In this document: one piece after another, positions 63,601 to 64,000 of the stretch
How the letters are laid out: every line of letters begins with the position of its first letter
Numbering within the stretch: position 1 is the stretch's first letter
DNA from: Somniosus microcephalus
Taxonomy: Eukaryota
NCBI GenBank assembly: GCA_052327205.1
Contig: CM126207.1
Span: 248,930,001-248,994,000 of the forward strand
DNA: 64,000 nucleotides
Direction of reading: 5' to 3'
The notes under the pieces: generated by a model
Databases searched by the model: none
Told to the model about the DNA's origin: nothing
Seen by the model: the letters and a program-made list of their open reading frames with translations, nothing else
Made by a program: the position numbers and the translations under genes

Positions 63601-64000
63601 GTGTCAGTCTTAGCTCAGAGGTAGCACTCGCTCCTCTGCGTTAGAGGGTTATGAGTTCAAGTCCCACTCCAGAGACTTGAGCACATAATCGAGGCTGCCA
63701 ATTCAGTGCAGCACTAAGGGAATGTTGTACAGTTGGAGGTGCTGTCATTCAGATAAGATGCTCAACTGAGCCCCTTTCTGTCCTCGCAGGTGGATGTAAA
63801 AAATCCCATGCCCCTATTCAAAGAACAGCAGGGGAGTTCTCCTGGTGGCAATGCCAACATTTATCCCTCAACCACCACCGCCACCAAAAACAGATTATCT
63901 GGTTATTTACCTCATTGCTGTTTGTGGGACTTTACTCGGCATGCATTAGCTGTTACATTTCCTACATTACAACAGTGACTACGATTCAAAAGTACTTCAT
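63601..64000 (+). mobile_element. tRNA-derived Deu-domain SINE running off the window end
   Basis: A-box-like tagctcagaggta, B-box gagttcaagtccc and a Deu-like core cattgctgtttgtgggac. Confidence 0.9.

Overview
This is eukaryotic genomic DNA, most likely from a cartilaginous fish (shark). That assignment is an inference from the repeat repertoire: CR1-clade LINEs with (TTCTTATG)n or (TTCTATG)n-type tails, tRNA-derived Deu-domain SINEs with L2-like tails, and PIF/Harbinger derivatives. I recognise no host protein-coding exon, and nearly all short ORFs in the track are noise. The only credible coding sequence comes from transposons: a 5'-truncated LINE RT (561-1721), a near-complete CR1 ORF2 (endonuclease plus RT, 21790-24603, broken by two compensating homopolymer indels), and a decayed Harbinger Myb/SANT remnant (about 3535-3774). 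The region from about 39.5 to 60.4 kb lacks recognisable repeats and holds a CpG-island promoter zone (about 50.2-53.2 kb) inside a wider CpG-retaining domain. This fits the 5' end and long first introns of an unidentified minus-strand gene with non-coding exons. The most unusual structures are a young CR1 sitting in exact register inside a 37-bp minisatellite, a nearly identical 390-bp dispersed duplication, decayed hammerhead-like cores in a Penelope-like repeat, and several strong isolated hairpins. I found no CRISPR array, rRNA or true tRNA gene, and no convincing evidence of a wholly new biological system.
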